This document shows, one piece after another, positions 26,941 through 29,714 of a stretch of 29,714 nt of DNA. Below the pieces are notes generated by a model. It ran no database searches and had not been told where the DNA came from. It was given only the letters and a program-made list of their open reading frames with translations. Origin of the DNA: Armatimonadota bacterium (GTDB lineage Bacteria > Sysuimicrobiota > Sysuimicrobiia > Sysuimicrobiales > Kaftiobacteriaceae). Both the position numbers and the translations under genes were made by a program. Positions within the stretch are counted from its first letter, which is position 1. Each line of letters opens with the position of its first letter. Location of the stretch: contig JBBIUY010000037.1 of the NCBI GenBank assembly GCA_037440005.1, positions 1 through 29,714 on the forward strand. The letters run 5' to 3'.

Positions 26941-27387
26941 GGGAGCAGGCCGGGCGACCGCTGGACGGCCCCGCCGGCTTCACGGATCCCCTCTCCTAGG
27001 GAGGGGCCGGGTGGCGGCGGAGGCTTCCAGAGGAAAGTCCGGGCACCACAGGGCAGGGCGCTGGGTAACACCCAGTGGGGGCGACCCCAAGGACAGTGCC
27101 ACAGAAACATACCGCCGGTCCTGTCTCTCCCTGCCTGCAGGGAGAGGGTCTGCGGGCCGGTAAGGGTGAAATCGTGCGGTAAGAGCGCACGAGGCTCCGG
27201 GTGACCGGACGCCTGGGCAAACCCCGCCCGGTGCAAGGCCGTGTAGGGGGAGATGAGGCGGCCCGCCGATCCCCGGGTAGGCTGCTTGAGGCGCCCGGCA
27301 ACGGGCGTCCCAGAGAGATGGTCGCCGCCCCGGGCAGGCCGCAGGGCCGAGCCCGGGGTACAGAACCCGGCTTACAGGCCTGCTCCC
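26941..27387 (+). ncRNA. rnpB: RNase P RNA, class A
   Basis: P1 GGGAGCAGGCC/GGCCTGCTCCC, GAGGAAAGTCCGGGC, AGTGCCACAGAAA, GGGTGAAA..GGTAAGAG, GGCAAACCCC, ACAGAACCCGGCTTA; TAGCAT -10 at 26928. Confidence 0.97.
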
Positions 27388-27455
27388 ACAGATACCCCCG
27401 ACATTTTTGAAGACAGTCCCGTCAGCCGGATGCGGGGACGTCCGGCGGCCGGGAC

Positions 27456-28829
27456 CTACGGACTGACCGCCGCCCCTGCCAGCGCAGCACAGACCGCCGG
27501 CCGGTGATCGCACCGGAATGCTTCCGGTAAGGCCGCCGAGGCGACCGGCGCGCGGGCCGAGGCCGTCTCGGCCCGGGCCGGCCCCGGGGTGCGGGCCGCG
27601 GCCGCCCGCGGGTACAGCAGGTAGCGGCTGCGCACGGCTGCGAATCGGCCCAGGTCGTCCTGCCAGGACGCGACGATGCGGGCGGGGCTGTCGCCCCGCA
27701 GCAGTCCCCGGCGGACGGCGTCGGTGCCCCAGACCAGGTCGAACCGCGACCGCCCGGATGCCGCTCCCGTGAACTGCAGCAGCCCGGGGTGCAGGTCGCG
27801 CACGGCGGCCAGGATGTAGACGGCGGTCGTGGCCGGCAGGAACCGGTGCGGGTCGGTGACGATCACCCGGACGCCGGCGGCGCGCCGCGCGCCCGCCCGG
27901 TGGGGAGCGAACCGCACCCCGGGCAGACCCGCCGCGTTCAGCCTGCCGGCCAGGCCGTCCGGGTCCACGCCCGGTGCCGTGACGGTCTCAAAGGGCACGG
28001 ACGTTCCCGCGCCCACCGTCAGGGAGGTGCCCTCCAGCATGCCCGTGGCGGCGTGCAGGCGCGCCGCCGCCGGTGAGGTGATCATCGGCGAGGGGCGGAT
28101 CCAAGGCAGTCCCGTGTCCTCCCAGCCCATCCACGCCTGCCAGCCGGCCATGGGGACCACCAGCAGCCGCGCCCGGATCCCGAACTGGTCGTTGAACAGG
28201 CGGGCGAGCTCGCCCACCGTCATCCCGTGGACCGCCGGGATGGGATAGACTCCGATGAACGACGCAAAGCGCGGGTCCAGCAGAGGACCATCCATCTGCT
28301 CGCCGCCCAGGGGGTTGGGACGGTCCAGGACCACGAACGGGATCCCCCGCTCGGAGGCAGCCTGCATCGCCAGGGCCATGGTGGAGATGTAGGTGTACGC
28401 GCGGGCGCCCACGTCCTGCAGGTCGAACACCAGCGCATCCAGGTCCGCCAGCATCCCGGCGGTGGGCCGGCGGGTGGACCCGTAGAGGCTGCGCACGGGA
28501 ACGCCGCCCAGAGATCCTTCGGGGACCGGCGCGCCGGCCGGCAGGCTGCCCGTCAGGCCGTGCTCGGGCGCGAAGAGGGCGGCCACGCGGATGCGCGGGT
28601 CCAGGGCCAGCAGCATGGCGGTGGGCCACCCGTCGGCTCCGACGGCGGCCCGGTGGGTGATCAACCCGACCCGTTTGCCCGCCAGCAGGTGACCGTAAGA
28701 GGAGAGCAGGATGTCCACGCCCGGCAGGACCCTGGGCGGGGTGGCCGAGGCGGCGGGGGACGAGGCGGCGAGGACGGCCAGGAGAAGGATGGCGCCGCGG
28801 CGAATGCCCGGTCGGAAAGGGGTCGGCAT
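27456..28829 (-). CDS. namZ: Exo-beta-N-acetylmuramidase NamZ (DUF1343/YbbC family) with signal peptide
   Basis: GKRVGLIT, LFAPEHG, SLYG, FDLQDVGARAYTYISTM, VLDRPNPLGG, HGMTVGELA, PSP, YLLY. Confidence 0.9.
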   Translation of the reverse strand: MPTPFRPGIRRGAILLLAVLAASSPAASATPPRVLPGVDILLSSYGHLLAGKRVGLITHRAAVGADGWPTAMLLALDPRIRVAALFAPEHGLTGSLPAGAPVPEGSLGGVPVRSLYGSTRRPTAGMLADLDALVFDLQDVGARAYTYISTMALAMQAASERGIPFVVLDRPNPLGGEQMDGPLLDPRFASFIGVYPIPAVHGMTVGELARLFNDQFGIRARLLVVPMAGWQAWMGWEDTGLPWIRPSPMITSPAAARLHAATGMLEGTSLTVGAGTSVPFETVTAPGVDPDGLAGRLNAAGLPGVRFAPHRAGARRAAGVRVIVTDPHRFLPATTAVYILAAVRDLHPGLLQFTGAASGRSRFDLVWGTDAVRRGLLRGDSPARIVASWQDDLGRFAAVRSRYLLYPRAAAARTPGPARAETASARAPVASAALPEAFRCDHRPAVCAALAGAAVSP

Positions 28830-29090
28830 ATGCGGTGTCCGTACTGTGGAGATCGCTACGTCCTCTGCGACATCACCATCCGCTGGAGCTATCTCAAAGG
28901 GCGGCTCCGTTCTGAGCGGGGGCATTTCTGCACCGGGTGCGGGCGGTCCTTCCCCCGGGGTACCGCCGACGATCTGGCCCTGTGTGCAGTCCAGGTGGCG
29001 GACATCTCCCCGGCGCTATACAGCCTGCAGCGCAGCGGCGACGTGGTGATCATCCGTCACCGCGCCGGCCTGTCGGAAGTCCTCTTCTGA
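28830..29090 (+). CDS. Small hypothetical zinc-ribbon protein (86 aa)
   Basis: MRCPYCG...FCTGCGRSF; GAAAGGGG SD 7 nt upstream. Confidence 0.65.
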   Translation: MRCPYCGDRYVLCDITIRWSYLKGRLRSERGHFCTGCGRSFPRGTADDLALCAVQVADISPALYSLQRSGDVVIIRHRAGLSEVLF

Positions 29091-29201
29091 CCCCCTCGGC
29101 TGTGCCCCGGCCGGGGCGGCGCCAGACGCCGGGACGCGTAAACGGGCATTTTCTCGGGAAATTTACAACACGTGGGGGCGGTTGGGGCGGGGAGGGAGGC
29201 C

Positions 29202-29714
29202 GTGGCCGGAGCCGTCGCCAGCACCGCGGACCGAGAGCGGCCGATCGGCTTTGTCGGCCTCATGCGCAACCGCAATTACGCGCTGTTGTGGTGGGGCCAG
29301 CTGGTCTCCGAGGTCGGCAACAGATTCCACTGGGTGGCCGTGTCCCTGTGGGTGTACTCGGTCACCGGCTCGGCGGGATCGGTGTCCCTGGCGGTGGCCT
29401 CCATGTTCGCCGGCAGCCTCCTGGTCGGTCTGTGGGCCGGCGTCCTGGTGGACCGGTGGGACCGGCGGAAGATCCTGATCATCTCCGACCTCGTCCGGGG
29501 CGTCCTGGTGGCATTGATCCCGTCCTTCATGGGGATCAGCGTGTGGCTGGTGTACGCCGGCCTCGTGCTGATTTCGGTGGCCACAGCCTTCTTCCGGCCG
29601 GCGATGTTTGCGGTCGTCCCGTCGGTGGTAAGTCAGAAGGATTTGCTGGCGGCCAATTCGTTCTTTGCAGCGATGGAGACAGGTACCGAGATCTTTGGAC
29701 CTGCGCTGGCGGGC
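29202..29714 (+). CDS. MFS transporter (DHA3/MefA-like), runs off the window end
   Basis: GGAGG SD; RNRNYALLWWGQLVSEVGN, AGVLVDRWDRRKILIISDLVR (motif A), FFRPA, GPALAG. Confidence 0.92.
   Translation, partial: MAGAVASTADRERPIGFVGLMRNRNYALLWWGQLVSEVGNRFHWVAVSLWVYSVTGSAGSVSLAVASMFAGSLLVGLWAGVLVDRWDRRKILIISDLVRGVLVALIPSFMGISVWLVYAGLVLISVATAFFRPAMFAVVPSVVSQKDLLAANSFFAAMETGTEIFGPALAG

Overview
High-GC bacterial window with Firmicutes-like (Terrabacteria) gene order; the lineage is only an inference, possibly a thermophilic Armatimonadota/CSP1-3-type organism. Bases 130-15507 hold the S10-spc-alpha ribosomal superoperon (rpsJ to rplQ, with secY, adk, map, infA, rpoA), which lacks rpmD/L30. It is followed by ecfA1-ecfA2-ecfT-truA and a tRNA-CAU (likely Ile2). 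The accessory half (19-29.7 kb) carries a 2-TM HD-GYP protein with no canonical in-frame start, an ireB/reoM gene directly upstream of murA, tRNA-Val(TAC), a DUF4760-like gene, a C4 zinc-ribbon gene, an RNase HI-HicB-like fusion, RNase P RNA, namZ, a small zinc-ribbon gene and a partial MFS gene. The best candidate for an undescribed system is a minus-strand unit whose 57-aa peptide ORF is missing from the ORF track. It runs: sigma70 promoter, structured ~155-nt leader, secreted pre-peptide (33-aa signal plus 24-aa CxxxC peptide), polytopic-membrane HD-GYP-variant protein with a CxxC in its sensor region, then a second promoter firing into a structured non-coding region. This looks like a peptide signal with a one-component cyclic-dinucleotide receptor.
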